DNA of 64,000 bases, from assembly GCA_963783575.1 (NCBI GenBank), contig CAWAOD010000010.1, positions 64,001 through 128,000 on the forward strand, read 5' to 3'. Under the pieces are notes generated by a model, which was given only the letters and a program-made list of their open reading frames with translations, was not told where the DNA came from and did no database searches. This stretch comes from an uncultured Spirochaetota bacterium. GTDB taxonomy: Bacteria > Spirochaetota > Brevinematia > Brevinematales > JAOACQ01. A program made the translations under genes and the position numbers. Below are positions 9,481-18,801 of this stretch, one piece after another (the first letter of the stretch is position 1; each line of letters starts with the position of its first letter).

Positions 9481-10710
9481 ATGTATAATAACAAAGAAAA
9501 TGGTACTTTTCATACAGGTGATTTCGTCAGTTATAACGCATGCGTTGGATATAATGGAACAAACGATCTTGAAACATATGAAATTGGATATGATATTGCA
9601 GTAAAGCAATTAATTAATTCGACTAAGTCTAGCCATATTCCAGTTGATGCTATTATTTATCCTATTGCATTTTGTGCCAGACAAAAGCTTGAATTATTTT
9701 TAAAAGATATGATTAAACATTTAGGCTATATTAAATATCTTATAAATAACTGTGAGAAAGAAAACTTAAAGTTAAAACATGAATTAGATAAATTATTTCA
9801 AAAGTTTTCAGAATTGACTCTTATTGATTCAAGATGCCAAAAAGATATAACTATAATAGAAAAATTTGTGAAAGATTTTCATGATATTGATCCAACAGGA
9901 CAAACATTTAGATATCCAGAAAGTACAGAAAATACTCAACATTTAATAGATTTATCATGTATTAATATTATTGACTTTGAAAAAATATACATTCCTTTTA
10001 GTGCATATTGTGAAAAATTTAGAGTTATGATTGAATTTTTAATTGAAGAATACATACAAAAAACTTTTATTGATGGTGTATCAAGAAATGATATTTTTGA
10101 AATTTCAAAAATGCTTCCTCAAAGATATGATTGGGGTAAACCTGAATTTTTGGTTATAAAGAAACAGATTATGGAAAAATTCAAAATTAGCTCAAATAAA
10201 TTTTCAAAAGTTTTAAATATTATACAAAAACATACTTATTTTTCATTAAATATTGGAATTGAAAATAAAATAAAAACTATATCAAGTTCAGAATTCAACA
10301 ATTATTTGGGATTATACTCGGATTTTATTAAGAGAATTGAAAATGAGTCATTTAATAAAGTTCAAAATGAAATTTCAAACAAAATAATTAAATTATTACC
10401 TAAAAAAGTAATTTATTCTTTATGTTCTTTGAAAGAAATTGGAAATCAAAATTTATATCCTGAATATCATGAGCAATTATTCACATATTATTCAAAATTA
10501 AATTTATTTTCTATTGTATTTGATAGATTAGTTAGGACCGGTTATCTTCTGTTTTATCTTAAAAAAGGTTTATTAGCTTGTGGGCAAAAAACTTTATTAG
10601 AGGAATTGGAGCAATTTGTAAAGAGTAATCCACATTTATTAGACAGTTATGATATCAGTAGACGGCCTGCCATTACAGAAGTTGATTTCAATGAATTATT
10701 TAAAAAATAA
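9481..10710 (+). CDS. Cassette 1: hypothetical protein with HEPN-like N-terminal region
   Basis: AAGGAG before ATG 9481; ARQKLELFLK...KHEL...DPTGQTFRYP resembles the HEPN pattern. Confidence 0.55.
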   Translation: MYNNKENGTFHTGDFVSYNACVGYNGTNDLETYEIGYDIAVKQLINSTKSSHIPVDAIIYPIAFCARQKLELFLKDMIKHLGYIKYLINNCEKENLKLKHELDKLFQKFSELTLIDSRCQKDITIIEKFVKDFHDIDPTGQTFRYPESTENTQHLIDLSCINIIDFEKIYIPFSAYCEKFRVMIEFLIEEYIQKTFIDGVSRNDIFEISKMLPQRYDWGKPEFLVIKKQIMEKFKISSNKFSKVLNIIQKHTYFSLNIGIENKIKTISSSEFNNYLGLYSDFIKRIENESFNKVQNEISNKIIKLLPKKVIYSLCSLKEIGNQNLYPEYHEQLFTYYSKLNLFSIVFDRLVRTGYLLFYLKKGLLACGQKTLLEELEQFVKSNPHLLDSYDISRRPAITEVDFNELFKK

Positions 10711-10769
10711 CTGTGTTATAACAACGCCATCCTTGGCTTTGCTAGTTGTGCCGACTTCCCGCACCCTTC

Positions 10770-11020
10770 AGCTAACAGCGGCTATATCGCTCCGGTGCTC
10801 GAAAAAACTTTTCAGGGCGTAACGGAGGAGAAGAGAAAAGTTTTTCCTGCGCTCCTCGGGTTCGCCCGTTTTTGATTTTGTAAAAAGAGAAAGGAGTTCA
10901 ACTTGACTATGATGATTATTAAAATAGAAGTCATTATTTACGGGCTCACCACATTTTCGGGCCTAAGAGCGCGGGGCTAGCTCTAAGGCCCGAAAACGTC
11001 GTATAGCCGCACCGTTCTAC
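10770..11020 (+). repeat. attC-like site, type A (251 bp)
   Basis: AGCTAAC-AGCGGCTATATCG ... CGTATAGCCGCACC-GTTCTAC, with three internal hairpins. Confidence 0.85.
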
Positions 11021-11069
11021 GCCATTACGGGCACAAGCTTGTTTTAAAAAAAAAGTGAGGTTAAATAAT

Positions 11070-11648
11070 ATGGAAAAAAAGAAGAATATCTATCAATTGA
11101 AAATCAATTTAATGGATACAAAACCACCAATTTGGAGAAGAATTTTAGTTGAATCAAATGTAAAATTACCTGATTTACATAAAATTATTCAATCAACAAT
11201 GGGCTGGACGAACTCACATTTGCATGATTTTATCATTAATGGAATGACTTACACATTGCCTGATGAAGACAATGAATTGGAATATATAGATTACAGAAAA
11301 ATAAAATTAAATAAACTAATTGAAAATGAAGGTGCAAAATTCAACTATATTTATGATTTTGGTGATGATTGGAACCACAAAATTGAACTTGAAGAAATAT
11401 TGCCATATGATTCTGCTAGAAAATATCCTATATGTATAGCTGGAAAAAGAAGATGTCCACCAGAAGATTGTGGTGGGACAGGTGGTTTTGAAGACTTACT
11501 TAAAATTATTAAAGATCCAAAAAATGAAGAATATGAAGATATGATGAATTGGTTACCTGATAATTTTGATCCTGAACATTTTAATATAAATGAAATAAAT
11601 GAATTATTACAAAAAAAGGATTATGGTTGCATAACAATTTATGATTAA
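11070..11648 (+). CDS. Cassette 2: plasmid pRiA4b ORF-3 family protein
   Basis: YQLKINL...PPIWRRILV...LHKIIQ..MGW.NSHLH, YIYDFGDDW, CPPEDCGG. Confidence 0.9.
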   Translation: MEKKKNIYQLKINLMDTKPPIWRRILVESNVKLPDLHKIIQSTMGWTNSHLHDFIINGMTYTLPDEDNELEYIDYRKIKLNKLIENEGAKFNYIYDFGDDWNHKIELEEILPYDSARKYPICIAGKRRCPPEDCGGTGGFEDLLKIIKDPKNEEYEDMMNWLPDNFDPEHFNINEINELLQKKDYGCITIYD

Positions 11649-11674
11649 ACATTGTGCCCGTAACGGCGCAGAAC

Positions 11675-13468
11675 GGCCATGTAGAAAAAGTTAATTTCAG
11701 GTAATAATCCTCCATTCCCAAACAGTTTGTTTTTTTTGATCTGTCTGGAATCACTTTTTTATATAAAACCGGGCTGAATTTACCGGCAAAACTGCTTTTA
11801 TTCCATCACTATGCCATTATATACCTCCATAGACCTGAATTTTCCCGATATTGTGCACAGTATTATATAATACCCATTGAATATTCACTTTTACCTTTCC
11901 CCTCAGCGTAAATCGATCCATACCTTTACATGCCCTTATATTCCCGAATACAGGCTCAACTATAGCCATTCTTTTCGCATAAAGCTTTCTGCCTTCAGGT
12001 GTATCTATGAACTTTCTCATTTCGTCCGAGTAATGTCTGTTATCCGCATTCAATGGCCTTTGCAACATCGTGTTGCTGTCGAACTAACGTTCGACGGCCT
12101 TTTTGGCTATATAGTAGCTCTTATGGAACCTCCGTGTTCCCAAGGTTGTTTGATTTTATTTTAATTCTTCAGGAAGTCTTTCCGGAATGGACAATTACGG
12201 CAGGACAATAACCGGCAGATATACTTCGCGTATGTAATATGATTCACCGTATGGTTATTTCTGAACCGGAGTTCCTCTCCTTTCTTGCATATATAGACAT
12301 TCCTTATTGGGTCATATTGAAAATCATCGATTGTATACTGCCCTTTCTTCGCAGGCTTATGTCTGTCAGCGGTTTCAAACCTGCAATCGCGCTTCCTGAA
12401 ATTCGTATCCGGGATGACCGGTTTCATACCGTTTTGCGAAATATATTTCAGGTTCTTTTCGCTGAAATAATTGGTGTCCGCGGTGATTATTTTATCCTTT
12501 AAATCTTTTCCCAATTCTACTTTTGCTTTACGGATCATCCCTTTCAGGAATTCCCCCTCAGACCCGCTCCCAAAAGCTTCGGGATATACCACAACCTGAT
12601 ATTTCGAATCCACGACCGATAAGCCATTGTATCCCTGGATTACACCGTGCGATGATTTTATTTTCGCGCTCTGGTTATCAGTGACATTGGACTGCTTTTC
12701 ACCATGCCTTGATTTATCTTTCGGTTTTTCACTTTCCAGAAACTTTTCTATCTTTTCAGCTTTCTTTAAAATCTTCTCGATCCGTGCCAGATCTTTTTCC
12801 TTATCCTTCTCAGGAAAATCGCCGTCCTGATCACGCTTTTCATGTTCATCAAGCATTTCCTTAACCAGGTTTTCCAGCTTCTCTTTTTTCTTCTTCAAAT
12901 CCTTAAATGTTCCGCTCCATTCCTTTGATGCATTTGACGATAGTTTGCACCCGTCCAGCGCGAACATATCCCCGCCTATGAGATTCAGTTCGTCACAAAC
13001 CATCAATGTATTCAGGAATACGGTATTTATCTCATTTTTCATCGAAGAAACAAAATCGGCGATTGAAGTAAAGTGCGGTATTGAATTGGCGGAAAGGGCT
13101 TTGGCTATAATATTCGTTTTACACAAATACTCGATTTCACGTGATGTAAAAATACCGCGGGAATAGCTGTAGAGTATTATTTTGAGCATAACCCGCGGAT
13201 TATAAGCCGGGGCACCGGTAGCATCGTTCTTATACTTATTCTCAAAGATTTTAAGATCAATTCTGTTGTCAACAAGAAAACTGAGTGTATATTCGAATGT
13301 TCCCGGTATAATCTGCTCATCGAATGAGACAGGTATGAGTTCCATTTGATCGTAATTAACTTTCTTATATCTTGCCATAATTGCTTTTACCTCTTGATTT
13401 TATTTCCAATATATTTTAAAGTATATACGATATTCTGTACATGAATGACGGACTTTTTCTACAGGCTC
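11675..13468 (-). mobile_element. IS1182-family element, copy 1 (1794 bp), inserted in the attC R'' box
   Basis: 17-bp imperfect IRs GGCCATGTAGAAAAAGT / ACTTTTTCTACAGGCTC; AAC on both flanks. Confidence 0.9.
11817..13378 (-). pseudogene. IS1182-family transposase split into 405-aa and 83-aa ORFs
   Basis: GAPAYNPRVMLKIILYSY (DUF772-like), ALDGCK, ADTNY; YAKRMAIVEPVFG lies in the second ORF; TAA plus frame change at 12161-12068. Confidence 0.85.
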
Positions 13469-13689
13469 AACAAGGCATAGCTGTTGCGCTCCGTCCTCAC
13501 TAGCGTTCCGGGCGGTGCTCAGCCTTCGGCACATTTGCCTTTGTCATCTTTTTTGCAGAATTTGAAATTTAATGAAAAGGGTTATAAAAATGAAATACTT
13601 TATTATATTTAAAGTCTGGTTCTGGAATTGCAAAAAAGACACCAATCGCTAACGCGACCGGCAAACGTCAGCTATGCCTGCCGTTAAAC
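13465..13689 (+). repeat. attC-like site, type B (225 bp); first bases of R'' (GCTCAAC) supplied by the IS end
   Basis: GCTCAAC-AAGGCATAGCTG ... CAGCTATGCCTGCC-GTTAAAC. Confidence 0.85.
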
Positions 13690-13727
13690 GAAAGGCATGG
13701 CAGACTTTAATTATAAAGAGGTATTTT

Positions 13728-14957
13728 ATGAAAAATTTTATGATTATTTATGCACTACTTATGATATCAATTTTTTCTAATTTCATTTATTCAAATGATA
13801 TCCTGAATCAAACTAACAAATTTCCTTCAAATATTTTAGATTTTTATCTTAACCTCCCTAATGAACCTTTATTAGGTGATGTAGGTACAGATATTCAAAA
13901 TAGAATTGATTATTTAACTAATAATAATAACCATGATTCTTATTCACCAATAATAATTGATATAAAAAATGGATTTATTTCAATGAGATCTGAAATCAAT
14001 CATAATTATTTTATATTGAATGAATATGCTTTATTTACAACTAAAAATTTAAAATACATAGCTTGTGTTTTTAGGATGAACGATGCTGAATTTCCAGGCT
14101 ATATTATTTCCAATACTTTTATTATTTATCAATTCACAAATAATAATTTCATAGATGTAACAAAAGCTGTATTTCCAAGAATAGAATATTCTATGTTTTT
14201 TGATGATTTCGACATGAAAGGTAAGTATCTTTCAAATATACCAAATGATAAAATTTTCTATAAATTGCCTAGGTTTGGAACAAAGATTGAAGCAAATATT
14301 GAAATAAGTGAATTAACAACCCAAAGAAATTATGATTGGTCAGAGCTATATCTTGCATTTAAAACTAACAAAATAAATATTGATTTTAATTCAAAAAGTG
14401 GAGAATTTTATATAGTAAAATCAAAAGAGCAAAAGTATTTCAAGAATAATGATGAAATAGCATTATATTCTTGTAAAAATTATGTAAATATCATCAAACC
14501 AATAGAAGAAATAATTTCCTCAACATCAAATTTTAACTTTCATAATAAATTACCTGTTAATAATGTATATGAAGCATATTTTAGTAAAAGTGTATATGTA
14601 AGAATTGAAATAGAACCTTTTGATTCAAAAAATAAAGTATATACAAATGATCATGATTATAAAGATTTTGTAAATGGTGAGCGTATTTTCGGTTGTAACT
14701 TAGATAAACCTTTTCATGAATTTAAATCAGCAGACTTGTTTTATGACAATAAAAAATTTACAATTCCTACTAAGAATTTATATAATCCTTTTTCAATTAA
14801 TGGAAAAAATTGTATTAAATTTCTTAAAATTAAAGATGATTTTTATATTCTTGGTGATTTCTCAGATGGTGCTGGTGCTTATTCAATTTTATGGAAATTA
14901 TATGAGAATAAAATTTCTATAATAAAAATATTCAATTTATATGGTGATTTATTTTAG
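13728..14957 (+). CDS. Cassette 3: secreted hypothetical protein
   Basis: GAGGT RBS before ATG 13728; signal peptide MKNFMIIYALLMISIFSNFIYS. Confidence 0.7.
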   Translation: MKNFMIIYALLMISIFSNFIYSNDILNQTNKFPSNILDFYLNLPNEPLLGDVGTDIQNRIDYLTNNNNHDSYSPIIIDIKNGFISMRSEINHNYFILNEYALFTTKNLKYIACVFRMNDAEFPGYIISNTFIIYQFTNNNFIDVTKAVFPRIEYSMFFDDFDMKGKYLSNIPNDKIFYKLPRFGTKIEANIEISELTTQRNYDWSELYLAFKTNKINIDFNSKSGEFYIVKSKEQKYFKNNDEIALYSCKNYVNIIKPIEEIISSTSNFNFHNKLPVNNVYEAYFSKSVYVRIEIEPFDSKNKVYTNDHDYKDFVNGERIFGCNLDKPFHEFKSADLFYDNKKFTIPTKNLYNPFSINGKNCIKFLKIKDDFYILGDFSDGAGAYSILWKLYENKISIIKIFNLYGDLF

Positions 14958-14988
14958 CCACTTAATGTTTGATACTGCCAGGCCCTTC

Positions 14989-15236
14989 GTTTAACCGTGG
15001 CTATATCGCTCCGGTGCTCGAAAAAACTTTTCAGGGCGTATGGAAATGTCAAGAGTTTTTCCTGCGCTCCTCGGGTTCGCCCGTTTTAGATTTTGGTAAA
15101 AAGAGAAAGGAGTTCAAATTGACTATGATGATTAATAAAATAAAGGTCATTATTTACGGGCTCACCAAACCCGTAAACCTAAGCGCGCGGGGCTGGCGCT
15201 AAGGTTTGCGGGCTTCGTATAGCCTCACCGTTATAT
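14989..15236 (+). repeat. attC-like site, type A variant (248 bp) containing an IS21 end footprint
   Basis: GTTTAAC-CGTGGCTATATCG ... CGTATAGCCTCACC-GTTATAT; 15041-15062 identical to 6600-6621. Confidence 0.85.
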
Positions 15237-15261
15237 GCAATGCTGGCTGCACGGATTATTC

Positions 15262-15290
15262 TTGACAATATGGCTGATTGTATGTATTAT
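15262..15290 (+). promoter_or_regulatory. sigma70 promoter of brnTA (probably leaderless)
   Basis: TTGACA-17bp-TATTAT; ATG 7 nt downstream; no SD. Confidence 0.7.
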
Positions 15291-15297
15291 TATATGT

Positions 15298-15573
15298 ATG
15301 ATATTTGAATGGGATGAAAATAAAAACAAAACTAACATTGAAAAACATAATATTTCTTTTGATTATGCCCAGCTTGCATTTCTTGATGATAAAAGAATTA
15401 TTGCGGAAGACTTGAAACATAGTGATACTGATGAAAAACGTTACTTTTGCTTTGGAAAAATAGATGATACAATCATTACTGTTAGATTTACTTACAGAAA
15501 AAATAGAATAAGAATATTCGGAGCTGGTGCATGGCGAGAAGGAAGGAGGATATATGAACAAGAAAACAATTAA
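15298..15573 (+). CDS. brnT: Cassette 4: BrnT-family toxin
   Basis: MIFEWDENKNKTNIEKHNISF...RIRIFGAG. Confidence 0.9.
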   Translation: MIFEWDENKNKTNIEKHNISFDYAQLAFLDDKRIIAEDLKHSDTDEKRYFCFGKIDDTIITVRFTYRKNRIRIFGAGAWREGRRIYEQENN

Positions 15574-15811
15574 ATATACTAAAGCACCAAAAGAAATATC
15601 TGATGCCATTAACAATTCAATAATAATAAAGGATTTCTTACCATCTCCTAAAGAACTGATACTTAAAGAAAAAACAAAAAAAATTACTATTAATTTAAGT
15701 GAAAAAAGTTTAATTTTTTTCAAAAATTCTGCTAAAAAAAATCATGTTTCATATCAACAAATGATTAAAGAAATTCTTGATAAATATTCAGATTATTATA
15801 AATACAATTAA
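15554..15811 (+). CDS. BrnA/CopG-like antitoxin
   Basis: AGGAGG RBS; overlaps the toxin; DFLPSP.EL...KKITINLS...YQQMI (RHH). Confidence 0.8.
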   Translation: MNKKTIKYTKAPKEISDAINNSIIIKDFLPSPKELILKEKTKKITINLSEKSLIFFKNSAKKNHVSYQQMIKEILDKYSDYYKYN

Positions 15812-15829
15812 AGAGTGCAGCCAAACTGC

Positions 15830-16080
15830 GTATATCAGCGGCTATATCGCTCCGGTGCTCGAAAAAACTTTTCAGGGCATAACGAAGAAGAAGAAAAAGT
15901 TTTTCCTGCGCTCCTCGGGTTCGCCCGTTTTAGATTTTGGTAAAAAGAGAAAGGAGTTCAAATTGACTATGATGATTAATAAAATAAAGGTCATTATTTA
16001 CGGGCTCACCACATTTTCGGGCCTAAGAGCGCGGGGCTAGCTCTAAGGTCCGAAAACGTCGTATAGCCACACCGTTGTAC
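15830..16080 (+). repeat. attC-like site, type A (251 bp); R'' mutated (ATC instead of AAC)
   Basis: GTATATC-AGCGGCTATATCG ... CGTATAGCCACACC-GTTGTAC; near-identical to 10770-11020. Confidence 0.85.
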
Positions 16081-16105
16081 GCAAGTCTGGCCGCAGCTTT
16101 TATTT

Positions 16106-16144
16106 ATACTAACTATTGACATTAGTAACTATATATGTTAGTAT
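16106..16144 (+). promoter_or_regulatory. sigma70 promoter of higBA with flanking inverted repeat (putative HigA operator)
   Basis: TTGACA(16116)-17bp-TAGTAT; ATACTAAC...GTTAGTAT inverted repeat; ATG 5 nt downstream. Confidence 0.7.
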
Positions 16145-16149
16145 TATAT

Positions 16150-16431
16150 ATGATAAAGTCTTTTAAAGATGACGAAACGAGTTTAATTTGGTTTGGTATT
16201 AAATCAAGAAAATTACCACCAAATATTCAAGATGTTGCTCGACGAAAATTAAGAATGCTTAATAATGCTCATGCTTTATCTGATTTATTAATACCACCAT
16301 CAAATAAATTAGAATCTTTAAAAGGAAATAGAAAAGGTCAACATAGCATTAGAATAAATGATAAATATAGAATTTGTTTCATTTGGAAATCTAATGATGC
16401 CTATAGTGTTGAAATTATTGATTATCATTAA
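16150..16431 (+). CDS. higB: Cassette 5: HigB (RelE/ParE superfamily) toxin
   Basis: MIKSFKD...ARRKLRML...PPSNKLESLKGNRKGQHSIRINDKYRICF...VEIIDYH. Confidence 0.92.
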   Translation: MIKSFKDDETSLIWFGIKSRKLPPNIQDVARRKLRMLNNAHALSDLLIPPSNKLESLKGNRKGQHSIRINDKYRICFIWKSNDAYSVEIIDYH

Positions 16432-16449
16432 ATATTAAAGAGGTAAAAT

Positions 16450-16761
16450 ATGACTGAAAGATTAAAAAACATACATCCTGGTGAAATCTTAAAAGAAGAA
16501 TTTTTATTGCCTTTAAATATTACAGCTTATAGACTATCAAAAGAAACAGGCATACCGCAAACGGCAATATCTGAAATAGTAAAAGAAAAAAGAAGAATCA
16601 CTGCACCTGTAGCCTTAAAATTCTCAAAATTTTTTGGTACTACTCCTCAATTTTGGTTAGGTCTTCAAGATGATTATGATCTAGAAGAGGAAGAAATCCA
16701 TATAAAAAAAGAATTGGATAATATTCATTCAATAAAAGACTTACATTTAGTTAATGCCTAA
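16450..16761 (+). CDS. higA: HigA antitoxin (HTH-XRE)
   Basis: IHPGEILKEEFLLPL...RRIT...FGTTPQFWLGLQ..YDL. Confidence 0.92.
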   Translation: MTERLKNIHPGEILKEEFLLPLNITAYRLSKETGIPQTAISEIVKEKRRITAPVALKFSKFFGTTPQFWLGLQDDYDLEEEEIHIKKELDNIHSIKDLHLVNA

Positions 16762-16793
16762 TTCTAGAACTTGCTGCACCGCCATCGCCTAAC

Positions 16794-18588
16794 GGCCATG
16801 TAGAAAAAGTTAATTTCAGGTAATAATCCTCCCTTTCCAAACAGTATGTTTTTTTTGATCTGTCTGGAATTACTTTATTTTTATAAAACCGGGCTGAATT
16901 TACCGGCAAAACTGTTTTTATTCCATCACTATGCCATTATATCCCTCCATAGACCTGAATTTTCCCGATATTATGCACAGTATTATATAATACCCATTGA
17001 ATATTCACTTTTCCCTTTCCCCTCAGCGTAAATCGATCCATACCTTTACATGCCCTTATATTCCCGAATACAGGCTCAACTATAGCCATTCTTTTCGCAT
17101 AAAGCTTTCTGCCTTCAGGCGTATCTATGAACTTTCTCATTTCGTCCGAGTAATGTCTGTTATCCGCATTCAACGGCCTTTGCAACATCGTGTTGCTGTC
17201 GAACTAACGTTCGACGGCCTTTTTGGCTATATAGTAGCTCTTATGGAACCTCCGTGTTCCCAAGGTTGTTTGATTTTATTTTAATTCTTCAGGAAGTCTT
17301 TCTGGAATGGACAATTACGGCAGGCCGATAACCGGCAGATATACTTCGCGTATGTAATATGATTCACCGTATGGTTATTTCTGAACCGGAGTTCCTCTCC
17401 TTTCTTGCATATATAGACATTCCTTATTGGGTCATATTGAAAATCATCGATTGTATACTGCCCTTTCTTCGCAGGCTTATGTCTGTCAGCGGTTTCAAAC
17501 CTGCAATCGCGCTTCCTGAAATTCGTATCCGGGATGACCGGTTTCATACCGTTTTGCGAAATATATTTCAGGTTCTTTTCGCTGAAATAATTGGTGTCCG
17601 CAGTGATTATTTTATCCTTTAAATCTTTTCCCAATTCTACTTTTGCTTTACGGATCATCCCTTTCAGGAATTCCCCCTCAGACCCGCTCCCAAAAGCTTC
17701 GGGATATACCACAACCTGATATTTCGAATCCACGACCGATAAGCCATTGTATCCCTGGATTACACCGTGCGATGATTTTATTTTCGCGCTCTGGTTATCA
17801 GTGACATTGGACTGCTTTTCACCATGCCTTGATTTATCTTTCGGTTTTTCACTTTCCAGAAACTTTTCTATCTTTTCAGCTTTCTTTAAAATCTTCTCGA
17901 TCCGTGCCAGATCTTTTTCCTTATCCTTCTCAGGAAAACCGCCGTCCTGATCACGCTTTTCATGTTCATCAAGCATTTCCTTAACCAGGTTTTCCAGCTT
18001 CTCTTTTTTCTTCTTCAAATCCTTAAATGTTCCGCTCCATTCCTTTGATGCATTTGACGATAGTTTGCACCCGTCCAGCGCGAACATATCCCCGCCTATG
18101 AGATTCAGTTCGTCACAAACCATCAATATATTCAGGAATACGGTATTTATCTCATTTTTCATCGAAGAAACAAAATCGGCGATTGAAGTAAATTGCGGTA
18201 TTGAATTGGCGGAAATGGCTTTGGCTATAATATTCGTTTTACACAAATATTCGATTTCACGTGATGTAAAAATGCCGCGGGAATAGCTGTAGAGTATTAT
18301 CTTCAGCATAACCCGCGGATTATAAGCCGGGGCACCGGTAGCATCGTTCTTATACTTATTCTCAAAGATTTTAAGATCAATTCTGCTGTCAACAAGAAAA
18401 CTGAGTGTATATTCAAATGTTCCCGGTATAATCTGCTCATCGAATGAGACAGGTATGAGTTCCATTTGATCGTAATTAACTTTCTTATATCTTGCCATAT
18501 TTTCTTCTCCGACTTGATTTTATTTACAATATATTTTAAAGTATATACGATATTCTGTACATGAATGACGGACTTTTTCTACAGGCTC
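16794..18588 (-). mobile_element. IS1182-family element, copy 2 (1795 bp), inserted in the attC R'' box
   Basis: Same IRs as copy 1; GCCTAAC|IS|AAC junctions. Confidence 0.9.
16937..18498 (-). pseudogene. IS1182 transposase, split exactly as in copy 1
   Basis: ORFs 17281..18498 and 16937..17188; scattered SNPs relative to copy 1 but the same stop and frameshift. Confidence 0.85.
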
Positions 18589-18775
18589 AACAACAGCTAT
18601 ACCGCTGCGGTGCTCGACTCCCCTGGCACTACGTCTGTGCTCCTCGGGTGCAGCTAGTTTTTTGTATAAAAAGTAAAATGGGGTTAAAATTATTTATGAT
18701 TATAATTAAAGAGAATACTTTGGTAAAAGAGGCTGCACTAAGCCTCACGGGCTTCGTATAGCCGCACCGTTGTAC
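18585..18775 (+). repeat. attC-like site, type C (191 bp)
   Basis: GCTCAAC-AACAGCTATAC ... GTATAGCCGCACC-GTTGTAC; internal GTGCAGC/GCTGCAC stem. Confidence 0.8.
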
Positions 18776-18801
18776 GAAAGAATAAAGCAAGGGGTAAATA
18801 T

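Noticed and set aside
12062..12153. Fluoride or SAM riboswitch, or pistol/twister ribozyme identity for the IS insert
   Set aside because: Only superficial resemblance; key conserved nucleotides are missing and the putative pseudoknot is not kept in the 59.5-kb copies
14969..15202. Similar small ORFs at 14969..15202, 15777..16040 and 18561..18761
   Set aside because: They are translations of the attC repeats or IS ends; no RBS
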